Below are positions 1 to 9,326 of a stretch of 20,048 bases of DNA, in pieces. Under the pieces are notes generated by a model that was not told the DNA's origin, did not search any database, and worked only from the letters and a program-made list of their open reading frames with translations. The stretch's first letter is position 1; every line of letters starts with the position of its first letter. The translations under genes were made by a program, and so were the position numbers. Source of the DNA: Opitutales bacterium (GTDB lineage: Bacteria; Verrucomicrobiota; Verrucomicrobiia; Opitutales; JABSRG01); assembly GCA_049599475.1 (NCBI GenBank), contig JBMYOQ010000072.1:1-20048 (forward strand), given 5' to 3'.

Positions 1-29
1 TTTACTCAAAAAACTAGAATATGCATAGA

Positions 30-106
30 CAACCCGACACAGTTGCTACCACTCCCGGCGTTCGAGCCGGCAAGTCAGCAGGTAGACGCCGCTCTCCGAG
101 TGGTGG
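30..106. repeat. Two degenerate GGTAG-led REP-like palindromes, back to back
   Basis: Minus-strand copy 30-50 reads GGTAGCAACTGTGTCGGGTTG (short, CAAC/GTTG stem). Plus-strand copy 81-106 reads GGTAGACGCCGCTCTCCGAGTGGTGG. Both resemble the copies at 7436-7511 and 14536-14726. Confidence 0.6.
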
Positions 107-161
107 AAGCAGCGATTAAGACCATCTTGAAAAACCAAAAACGTAGCCCTTCCAAACAAAC

Positions 162-1289
162 CTACAGATTCAAACACTTCATATCGTTCGCATAATATTC
201 CGCATCCTCTTGAGATATAGCCCCCTCGTGATAGAGCGAGGAAAGATGTGCCTCCAGAGTATTCATCCCTTCATCTGACCGGGTCTCCATTGAGGAGTAG
301 ATTTGAGAAAGGTTCTTTTGACGGATTTGGTTGGCTACCGAATTGTTGATTCGCAAAATCTCCATCGCGGGGACTCGGCCCGATCCATCCAAGCGTGGCA
401 CGAGTTTTTGAGCAATAATGTAGACGAGCGAGAAGGACATTTGCGTCGCCACATTGTTTTGTTTTTCCGGAGGAAAACTATCGAGTATTCGCGTAATAGC
501 TCCAGTAACATCGCGCGTGTGTATGGTACTCAGGACCAAATGCCCTGTCTCAGCAGCAGTCATCGCCAATGAAATCGTCTCCGGATCCCGCATCTCTCCG
601 ACCAGGATGAAATCTGGATTTTCGCGCAGCGCACTTTTCAAGCCTCCAGAAAATGAGTCCACATGCATCCCCACCTCTCGCTGTGAAATGATAGAATTAC
701 TCGACGGATGAATATATTCTATTGGGTCTTCCAAAGTGATCACTCGGCAAGATCGAGACTCGGATATCTTCTGCACGATGCTATTCATCGTCGTGGACTT
801 ACCCGAACCGGTAACACCAGAAATAAGCACCAAACCCTGAGAAAGATTAGCGATTTCCTTCCACACGGTGTCCTTCGGAAAACCCAAGGTGCCCAAATCC
901 GGAATCTGCTGAGGCAGCATTCTTACCACAAACGCTAAACCCTCGCGGTCGCGAAAGGCATTTATCCGAAAAGCCATATTTCGCTTTTCCCAGTAATACC
1001 CGGCGTCGACATCCTGAGTCGGATTTTCCTCAAGCAAGGCGATTTTATCCGAATCTAGGATGGGATATAATAGCCCTTTGACCATTTCCGCATCACAGCG
1101 AGCACCGTCTTCTATCGGCGATAATTGGCTATCCACACGAAAGTTGATCACTTCGCCCACTTTGACATGCATATCGGACAAGCGCGACACCTGCCCGTCA
1201 TTATAGTCAGCATTGGCAAAGTTGTTTAAGAGGTCGAAAATCGAGTAATTGCGTTCCGCACCAATGGGGTAAACCGGGCGAGCTTCCAT
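162..1289 (-). CDS. pilT: PilT/PilU-family type IV pilus retraction ATPase
   Basis: Walker A GVTGSGKST, Asp box ITLEDPIE, SQREVG, ALRENPD, Walker B LVGEMRD and His box AETGHLVLSTIH. The N-terminal SDMHVKVG matches the PilT SDLH motif. The exact paralogue is uncertain. Confidence 0.9.
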   Translation of the reverse strand: MEARPVYPIGAERNYSIFDLLNNFANADYNDGQVSRLSDMHVKVGEVINFRVDSQLSPIEDGARCDAEMVKGLLYPILDSDKIALLEENPTQDVDAGYYWEKRNMAFRINAFRDREGLAFVVRMLPQQIPDLGTLGFPKDTVWKEIANLSQGLVLISGVTGSGKSTTMNSIVQKISESRSCRVITLEDPIEYIHPSSNSIISQREVGMHVDSFSGGLKSALRENPDFILVGEMRDPETISLAMTAAETGHLVLSTIHTRDVTGAITRILDSFPPEKQNNVATQMSFSLVYIIAQKLVPRLDGSGRVPAMEILRINNSVANQIRQKNLSQIYSSMETRSDEGMNTLEAHLSSLYHEGAISQEDAEYYANDMKCLNL

Positions 1290-1325
1290 AGGGGTTATGG
1301 GGTAGTTGGGGTCTAAATCTGAGGG

Positions 1326-1793
1326 TTAAATATCACGAGCGGCGTGTAATCCGTATTCGTCCAAATAGTGGCGAACTGCAGTCGAAAGTGGCGCTTTACC
1401 ATTTTTAATTTCAGGACTTTCCTCAGTACACGCGATGTATTGTAGGGCATCCTCCATCGCCACGCGCTTTTGGTTGGCCGACAGATATTCAAAAACGGCC
1501 TCTACCGCACGGCCCCATCCGGAAAGATTCGTATCCGATGCATCGACAAGCGCACGATAATATGCCCACCCATCCTCGCACCGTCCATCCTCACGATGCA
1601 AAGCCAGGACGACTCTAAAACTCGTTTCTAAATCCGCCGGCGATGCACACAGCTCCAGGATTGCGTCGAGCTTATCCAAAGTCATGCGTGCCCGACCCGC
1701 GTCGGCCTTTACCACCTCAAGAGCCTGTTTCCAAGCCTCTGGAGACCCCGCTTTAGTCCGTGCGAGTTCACTTGCTCGAGATTCTAAATCCAT
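1326..1793 (-). CDS. Hypothetical protein, 155 aa, probably all-alpha
   Basis: Protein-like composition. It fills the gap 36 bp upstream of the pilT-like gene on the same strand. No motif recognised. Confidence 0.75.
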   Translation of the reverse strand: MDLESRASELARTKAGSPEAWKQALEVVKADAGRARMTLDKLDAILELCASPADLETSFRVVLALHREDGRCEDGWAYYRALVDASDTNLSGWGRAVEAVFEYLSANQKRVAMEDALQYIACTEESPEIKNGKAPLSTAVRHYLDEYGLHAARDI

Positions 1794-1832
1794 GACAAAA
1801 CTCTTATAAAATGAAACGCAGAGAGGTTGGGA

Positions 1833-1858
1833 ACACAGCTCGGAGAGAGGCGGCTACC
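1833..1858 (-). repeat. Degenerate solo REP-like copy
   Basis: Minus strand reads GGTAGCCGCCTCTCTCCGAGCTGTGT and shares GGTAGC and TCTCCGAGC with the family consensus. Confidence 0.6.
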
Positions 1859-1928
1859 TCCAAGAGACAACTCGTAAAAATCCCACGTCCTGCCTCCATG
1901 ATATCCCACATTCATGCGGCCACCACCA

Positions 1929-3077
1929 TTATTTGATCTCCCAGGTATAACTGTGCTTCGACAGCATTTCGTAGCCATTACCTGTGACGCGGACAACATC
2001 CTCGATTCGGCATCCACCCAAGCCGGGATAATAGAGGCCGGGCTCAATGGTCACCACGTTGCCCGCCTTCAAGGCTCCGGCCCCGGTGCTCACGCGTGGA
2101 GCCTCATGGACATCCAGTCCGAGGCCATGACCCGTCCCGTGGAAAAACCCGGTAAACGTGTCTCCATGCCGCTCCGTTTTATATCCATTTTCTTCGAAAT
2201 AGTCCGACACCGCTTTGTGTATTTGGCCGCCCTTCACGCGCGCTTTCACAAGGTCCAAAGCTTTACCATGAGCCGCTTTCACTGCAGCAACTAGGCGCTT
2301 CTGCTCTGGGCTGGCTTTGCCCTTCAGATACGTCCGTGTCATGTCCCCGTGAAAGTGGGTCGCATTTACCCGAGGGAAGATATCTACAATGATCAACTCG
2401 TTCGCCTTTAGAGGCCCACTGCCTCGCTCATGCGGGTCACAAGCCTGGTCCCCACCCGCCACAATGGTATTTGCAGAGACGCCTCCAAGCTCAAGTATGC
2501 GTTTGGCGATCTCTTGCTGCAGGAATTCTGAGGTCAACTTTTTACCTCCGTAGATCAGGAAGCCCTTCTTGTTTATTTCAGACTCCTTCAATACTTTCTG
2601 CACGAGCTTGAAGCCCGCTGAGCTGAGTCGATTGCCTTCGCGAATGGCTTCGGCCTCTGCGTCCGTTTTCTTCTCCCGTTCCGGAAAAAACGGATCGGTC
2701 CCCAGCACCACTTTAACGCCTGCATCAACCAGCTCCTGAGCAATTGCATGAGGAAAATTGTGCGGCACCTTATATGTGCCAATGCCATAACTCTGGGCGA
2801 TAAACCGGGCAATATCCGACGTTTTCGGGTTGTCGACTCCGAGTTCGCGCTTCGCTGAAGAGCGCACATCCGTGAGCGACAAAATATCGGTAAATCCAGA
2901 TTGCTTCGAGGCGCGGCCCAATTCAAGCGGGCTCAAAATGCCGATACGGCGACGACCCAGCCCCACGGCCATAAATGGATCTGGAGCGAGAAATTTACCA
3001 AAATAGAGCATGTCCGCGTCTATTTCGGGGTTGGCATACATGAGGATAGCCGTTTTGTCTGAGCGGGTATTAGACAT
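1929..3077 (-). CDS. M24-family Xaa-Pro aminopeptidase/dipeptidase
   Basis: Pita-bread metal-binding motifs IIVDIFP, GDMTRT, HGTGHGLGLDVHE, TIEPGLY and CRIED. Confidence 0.93.
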   Translation of the reverse strand: MSNTRSDKTAILMYANPEIDADMLYFGKFLAPDPFMAVGLGRRRIGILSPLELGRASKQSGFTDILSLTDVRSSAKRELGVDNPKTSDIARFIAQSYGIGTYKVPHNFPHAIAQELVDAGVKVVLGTDPFFPEREKKTDAEAEAIREGNRLSSAGFKLVQKVLKESEINKKGFLIYGGKKLTSEFLQQEIAKRILELGGVSANTIVAGGDQACDPHERGSGPLKANELIIVDIFPRVNATHFHGDMTRTYLKGKASPEQKRLVAAVKAAHGKALDLVKARVKGGQIHKAVSDYFEENGYKTERHGDTFTGFFHGTGHGLGLDVHEAPRVSTGAGALKAGNVVTIEPGLYYPGLGGCRIEDVVRVTGNGYEMLSKHSYTWEIK

Positions 3078-3083
3078 CTTAAA

Positions 3084-3626
3084 ATGAGGAGTTCAGTAAA
3101 GTCAGCACATCAGTATTTTCAAAAGCTTCAATGGCTTATTCTCGGGCTGTGTCTGTTTTTTATCGGATGCCAATCCGAGGAGACTCCTAAAGAACCCCAG
3201 CCAGCGAGCACGTATTTCTCCCTAAGTGTTGGCGAGGTTGAAACATCTGTCCAAGCCGTCCTCACTCAACCAGAACGTCAACGCGGCCTTATGCATCGTG
3301 ATGGCCTGCCCGAAGACTCGGGTATGCTTTTCGTATTTGAAGAACCAAGACAACTGGGCTTTTGGATGAAAAACACCAAGATCCCATTGGATATCGCCTA
3401 CATTCATCCAAACGGATTAATCGCCGAAATTTACCCCCTCTATCCTTACAATATGGATTCCGTTTCATCGATCAGCAAAGAGCTGAGCATGGCCCTCGAG
3501 ATGGAGCAAGGTTGGTTCAAGAAAAAGGGCCTATCTCCGGGGGACCGGATCGATATGGAACAAGTCAAACAGATGATCCAGGCTCGCGGGTTTGACCCCG
3601 AAAAATTTGCGATCGAACTCCCCTAA
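3084..3626 (+). CDS. DUF192-family protein, probable lipoprotein
   Basis: Motifs RQRGLMHR, GMLFVF, FWMKNTKIPLDIAYI and ALEM. A hydrophobic N-terminus ends in lipobox-like FIG-C. The start codon is uncertain. Confidence 0.88.
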   Translation: MRSSVKSAHQYFQKLQWLILGLCLFFIGCQSEETPKEPQPASTYFSLSVGEVETSVQAVLTQPERQRGLMHRDGLPEDSGMLFVFEEPRQLGFWMKNTKIPLDIAYIHPNGLIAEIYPLYPYNMDSVSSISKELSMALEMEQGWFKKKGLSPGDRIDMEQVKQMIQARGFDPEKFAIELP

Positions 3627-3650
3627 CCCTTCGCGCTTTCGCCGGATATT

Positions 3651-4136
3651 CTATAGGGCATCACGCACCAGTTTCACCATTTCAGGTGACACCCCGGAGG
3701 CTCCAGCTCCGAACTCGCTGCGCGTGTATGAAATGATCGCGGCAATTTCCTTATCGGAGAGATGCTTATGCCCCGGCATGATTACCGGCCACTGGGATTT
3801 CTGACCACCGAGCATCGCACTCCCGCGCAGCACCCACTCGATAACGTAATACGGATCGCTCGCCAATTTTTCAGAACCATAGAGTGCTGGCTGCATCCCC
3901 GGCATTCCCATGCCATCACCTCCATGGCATGCGTAGCACGCCTGCGTGTAGGCGTTTTTCCCGATCTCTAAGAAACCATCCGGAATATCGACCGAAGCTG
4001 GATCGAGCAAAGCGGCGAAGTCAGGCCGCGGAGCAGCTACCTCATCTTCTGTGCTCGATTTACCACAGCCTACAAATCCCAAAATCAAGGCTGCAAGCAG
4101 ACTCATCCATATAACTCGGAAGCATTTCATATTCAT
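3651..4136 (-). CDS. Monoheme class I cytochrome c, probable lipoprotein
   Basis: Single CxxCH (CYACH), candidate axial Met in VIMPG, LSDKEIAAIISY helix and lipobox-like FVG-C. Confidence 0.9.
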   Translation of the reverse strand: MNMKCFRVIWMSLLAALILGFVGCGKSSTEDEVAAPRPDFAALLDPASVDIPDGFLEIGKNAYTQACYACHGGDGMGMPGMQPALYGSEKLASDPYYVIEWVLRGSAMLGGQKSQWPVIMPGHKHLSDKEIAAIISYTRSEFGAGASGVSPEMVKLVRDAL

Positions 4137-4177
4137 CGCAAAACGATAAGGTGCGCAGGTCTGGCATCACCTCAACG

Positions 4178-5074
4178 CTATACGCCCAGATTTCCGCACA
4201 ATTTTTTGACACAGGCCAAGACAGCTTTCTGTTTAGCTGAAAGTTGGTGTCGACGCATCCACACCCATTGAATTTCTCGAAAATAGGGATTCGGTTCGAT
4301 CGCGTGGAAGCTGACCTTCTTTTCGCGATGGCTCGACATGGCAATCTTGGGAGTGAAGGTGATGCCCATCCCCGCTTCTACAATCCCGAGCAATGTTCCA
4401 ATCTGAGAACTCCGCATCCGAATTTCTGGATTCAAACGCGAATGGCGCAATGCACTTTCACACTGTTGGGACAGGCAGTGACTTTCCTTCAGCAACACCA
4501 AAGGTTCAGACTTCACCTCGTCGAGGTCCACCGCACCGCGTCCAGCCAGGGGATGCTCGAGGGGAAGCGTCAACAACAGCTCATCTCGGCAAACTTCTAA
4601 AACATCTACGTCCTGATCAATATCCGTCGGCGGACTCAACACCGCAAAATCCAGGGCACCCGAGCGCAATTGCTGGATCAAAACATCGGTGGTATCTTCT
4701 ACAATATCAAAGGTCGCTGCGGCATGTTGTTCCTGAATAGACATTAGAATCTCCGGGAGTAAATAAGGCGCAATCGTCGGAATCGCGCCGATTTTCACCA
4801 CGCCATGAATACCGTTTTTCTGACGATCACGAAATTCATGCGCCGATTCGACTTCGGCCATTATGGCCTGAGCATGCGGCAGAAAAGCTTCACCCAGCTC
4901 TGTGAGGTGCAGGCCTTCTCGATTCCTCAAAAATAAGCTCCCGCCCAAGGACGCCTCCAGTTTTTGAATTTGTAGGCTCAGCGACGGTTGCGAGACATGA
5001 CAGGCCTTCGCCGCGTGCGATATCCGGCCCAGTTTGCACACCTCAAGAAAGTAACGGATACGGTGAAACTCCAT
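4178..5074 (-). CDS. oxyR: LysR-family hydrogen peroxide sensor OxyR (298 aa; start moved to the ATG at 5074)
   Basis: LysR HTH (AAKACHVSQPSLSLQIQKLE), GAIPTIAPYLLP and LKESHCL (compare E. coli LEDGHCL). The gene is divergent from katG. The ORF-track extension to 5119 overlaps the operator. Confidence 0.88.
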   Translation of the reverse strand: MEFHRIRYFLEVCKLGRISHAAKACHVSQPSLSLQIQKLEASLGGSLFLRNREGLHLTELGEAFLPHAQAIMAEVESAHEFRDRQKNGIHGVVKIGAIPTIAPYLLPEILMSIQEQHAAATFDIVEDTTDVLIQQLRSGALDFAVLSPPTDIDQDVDVLEVCRDELLLTLPLEHPLAGRGAVDLDEVKSEPLVLLKESHCLSQQCESALRHSRLNPEIRMRSSQIGTLLGIVEAGMGITFTPKIAMSSHREKKVSFHAIEPNPYFREIQWVWMRRHQLSAKQKAVLACVKKLCGNLGV

Positions 5075-5077
5075 GAT

Positions 5078-5123
5078 ATAGCTAATACCTATATTACACT
5101 TAACTTCAAAGTATTTCACCTAT
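5078..5123. promoter_or_regulatory. OxyR-type operator
   Basis: Perfect ATAG-N7-CTAT at 5078-5092, then N7, then degenerate TTAA-N7-GTAT at 5100-5114, plus a further CTAT at 5120-5123. This fits the OxyR ATAG-N7-CTAT-N7-ATAG-N7-CTAT layout. Confidence 0.75.
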
Positions 5124-5143
5124 ACTTAACCCGTCCGTATAGT
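5115..5143 (+). promoter_or_regulatory. Putative sigma70 promoter of katG
   Basis: Weak -35 TTCACC (5115-5120), 17-bp spacer, -10 TATAGT (5138-5143). It abuts the OxyR site, as expected of an activator-dependent promoter. Confidence 0.55.
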
Positions 5144-5181
5144 GTCGTAAGGGGATAAAAGCGCCCAAATTAATTTCTTAA

Positions 5182-7407
<2,226 letters not shown>

Positions 7408-7435
7408 GTTCTTAAACAAAACTAGCACTGCACCC

Positions 7436-7511
7436 GGTAGCCACCGACCTCCGGGCGGTGGTCATTGGTTTATGAACAGCCCACACGTCCGCTCGGAGAT
7501 CGGACGCTACC
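7436..7511. repeat. REPIN-like doublet: two inverted 26-bp REP-like units with a 24-bp spacer
   Basis: Plus 7436-7461 is GGTAGCCACCGACCTCCGGGCGGTGG. Minus 7486-7511 is GGTAGCGTCCGATCTCCGAGCGGACG. Confidence 0.85.
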
Positions 7512-7525
7512 GATTTCCGAGCAAG

Positions 7526-7571
7526 TAAATGGTAGGGTTGTCACTCTGTGTAGAGACAGCCTTACCTAAAT
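7526..7571. repeat. 36-bp inverted repeat flanked by TAAAT direct repeats, between convergent katG and gpmI
   Basis: TAAAT-GGTAGGGTTGTC-ACTCTGTGTAGA-GACAGCCTTACC-TAAAT. The arms match at 10/12 positions and both mismatches are G.U-compatible on the plus strand. Confidence 0.6.
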
Positions 7572-7582
7572 CGGCTAAAACC

Positions 7583-9166
7583 CTACCCCTTCACAATCAA
7601 AGAATCACCCGTCATTTCGGCGGGCTTTTCTATGCCCATGAGATCGAGGATCGTGGGAGCGATATCACCGAGACGATTGTCGGAAGGCTTTAGTTTGGCA
7701 TCTTCGAGACCCTTACCATACAAGACGATTTCCACGGGCGCCAAGGTGTGCGCCGTGTGCGGATTGCCGGTTTCTGGATTATACATTAAATCGCAATTAC
7801 CGTGGTCGGCGGTCACCAGAGCCGCGCCTCCGATAGAAGCGATCGCTTTGCAGAGTTTCTCCACACCCTTATCGACGATCTCGCAGGCTTTCGCACAAGC
7901 TGGAATATTACCGGTGTGTCCGACCATGTCTGGATTCGCAAAATTCACTGCTATGAATCCATATTTCTGGGAAAGAATCGCTTCTTCAGCCTTATCCATG
8001 ACTTCTTGAGCAGACATCTCTGGCGCCTCATCATAGGTCGCGACCTTCGGGCTCGGAGCCACGCTGCGATCTTCGCCCTCGAAGGGCTCTTCGCGGTAGT
8101 CATTGAAAAAGAAAGTGACGTGCGGGTATTTCTCCGTTTCCGCGCAGCGGAATTGAGCGATCCCTTTATCTGCCAAATAGCCACCGAGAATGTTCGGCAT
8201 CTTATCTGGCTTCGGGAATACGATATCCGGGCAAAGGCCCTTCTGATAGTCCGTCATGGTCGCGTAGGCGATATCCAGAAGGGGTCCGCGATCGAAGTCA
8301 GCAAAATCTTCTTTAATGAAGGCCGAAGTCAGCTCGCGCGGGCGGTCGCCGCGGAAGTTGAAGAAAATCACGCCATCTCCATCTTGGATAGTTGCTTTGG
8401 GATTGCCCTCTCCATCCACAATCCATGTCGGCTCGATGAATTCGTCGCCCTTCATGGCATCGGAAGCTGGGTAATCGTAGTAGCCCTGGATGGCCTCAGC
8501 AGCGCTCGCGGCCTTATTACCCGCTTTGCCCGTGAGCATGTTGTAAGCTTTTTCGACACGATCCCAGCGCTTATCGCGGTCCATCGCCCAGAATCGCCCA
8601 CAGAGTGATGCCACGGTGCCCACACCAATTTCTGCGCATTTCTTCTCCAAGTCCGCGATAAAACCGAGTCCACTTGTCGGAGCGGTGTCGCGTCCATCGG
8701 TAAAGCCATGGATGAAGACCTTTTCAATGCCCGCGTCCTTGGCCAGCTGAAGCAGGCCAAAGAGGTGGTCGAGCATCGCGTGCACGCCAGCATCGGATAT
8801 GAGCCCCATGAGATGGAGGCTGCTATCGTTATCCTTTACCTTGGAAAATGTTTTCTGGATTGCCGGACGCGCGAGCATGCCCTCGGGGTCGACGATTCCC
8901 TTGTTTATCCGCATGATCTCCTGGTCAACAATGCGCCCAGCACCAATATTTTGGTGCCCTACTTCGCTATTGCCCATGATTCCCGGGGGCAGGCCTACAT
9001 CTGGGCCGTGGGCCGCCAGCTGAGTGCTCGGCCAATCTGCAGTCAAGCTATCGCAGAACGGAGTGTCTGCCTCAGCAATCGCATTATAAGGAGCAAGTTC
9101 AGGATCGCTATTGATTCCCCAACCGTCGCGGATGATGAGGAGGACAGGTTTTTCGAATTCGGACAT
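7583..9166 (-). CDS. gpmI: 2,3-bisphosphoglycerate-independent phosphoglycerate mutase
   Basis: [23 protein letters not shown] (catalytic Ser), [41 protein letters not shown] and HTAHT. Confidence 0.97.
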   Translation of the reverse strand: MSEFEKPVLLIIRDGWGINSDPELAPYNAIAEADTPFCDSLTADWPSTQLAAHGPDVGLPPGIMGNSEVGHQNIGAGRIVDQEIMRINKGIVDPEGMLARPAIQKTFSKVKDNDSSLHLMGLISDAGVHAMLDHLFGLLQLAKDAGIEKVFIHGFTDGRDTAPTSGLGFIADLEKKCAEIGVGTVASLCGRFWAMDRDKRWDRVEKAYNMLTGKAGNKAASAAEAIQGYYDYPASDAMKGDEFIEPTWIVDGEGNPKATIQDGDGVIFFNFRGDRPRELTSAFIKEDFADFDRGPLLDIAYATMTDYQKGLCPDIVFPKPDKMPNILGGYLADKGIAQFRCAETEKYPHVTFFFNDYREEPFEGEDRSVAPSPKVATYDEAPEMSAQEVMDKAEEAILSQKYGFIAVNFANPDMVGHTGNIPACAKACEIVDKGVEKLCKAIASIGGAALVTADHGNCDLMYNPETGNPHTAHTLAPVEIVLYGKGLEDAKLKPSDNRLGDIAPTILDLMGIEKPAEMTGDSLIVKG

Positions 9167-9326
9167 ATCCCGCCACTTCGTAAATACCGCGAGGTGGGAG
9201 GCAATAGGGAAATTGGGATAAATCCGTTTTGCTTCGCTTAGAAGGAAGCCGATTTCAGGATTAATAACACTTATAACGTCAGCCTGTTTTCAACCCAGGC
9301 GCCCAACGGTCGACTCTAGAGCCCTT

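Noticed and set aside
55..70. CCGGC-GTTCGA-GCCGG hairpin resembling a tRNA T-arm
   Set aside because: The loop is 6 nt, and no acceptor stem, D-arm, anticodon arm or CCA end surrounds it.
5075..5119. N-terminal extension of oxyR in the ORF track
   Set aside because: It overlaps the OxyR operator. LysR proteins begin just before the HTH, which fits the ATG at 5074.
7436..7511. Repeat-spacer-repeat pattern as a possible mini CRISPR array (also 14536-14726)
   Set aside because: The units are inverted rather than direct, differ in sequence, and have irregular spacing. No cas genes are present.
7802..8608. 268-aa antisense ORF opposite gpmI (similar cases at 5344-6078 and 16154-16819)
   Set aside because: Each is fully nested antisense to a well-conserved gene and shows no domain features.
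9308..9321. GGTCGACTCTAGAG matches the SalI-XbaI part of the pUC polylinker
   Set aside because: The match is only 14 bp and the flanking PstI and BamHI sites are absent. It is most likely chance rather than vector contamination.
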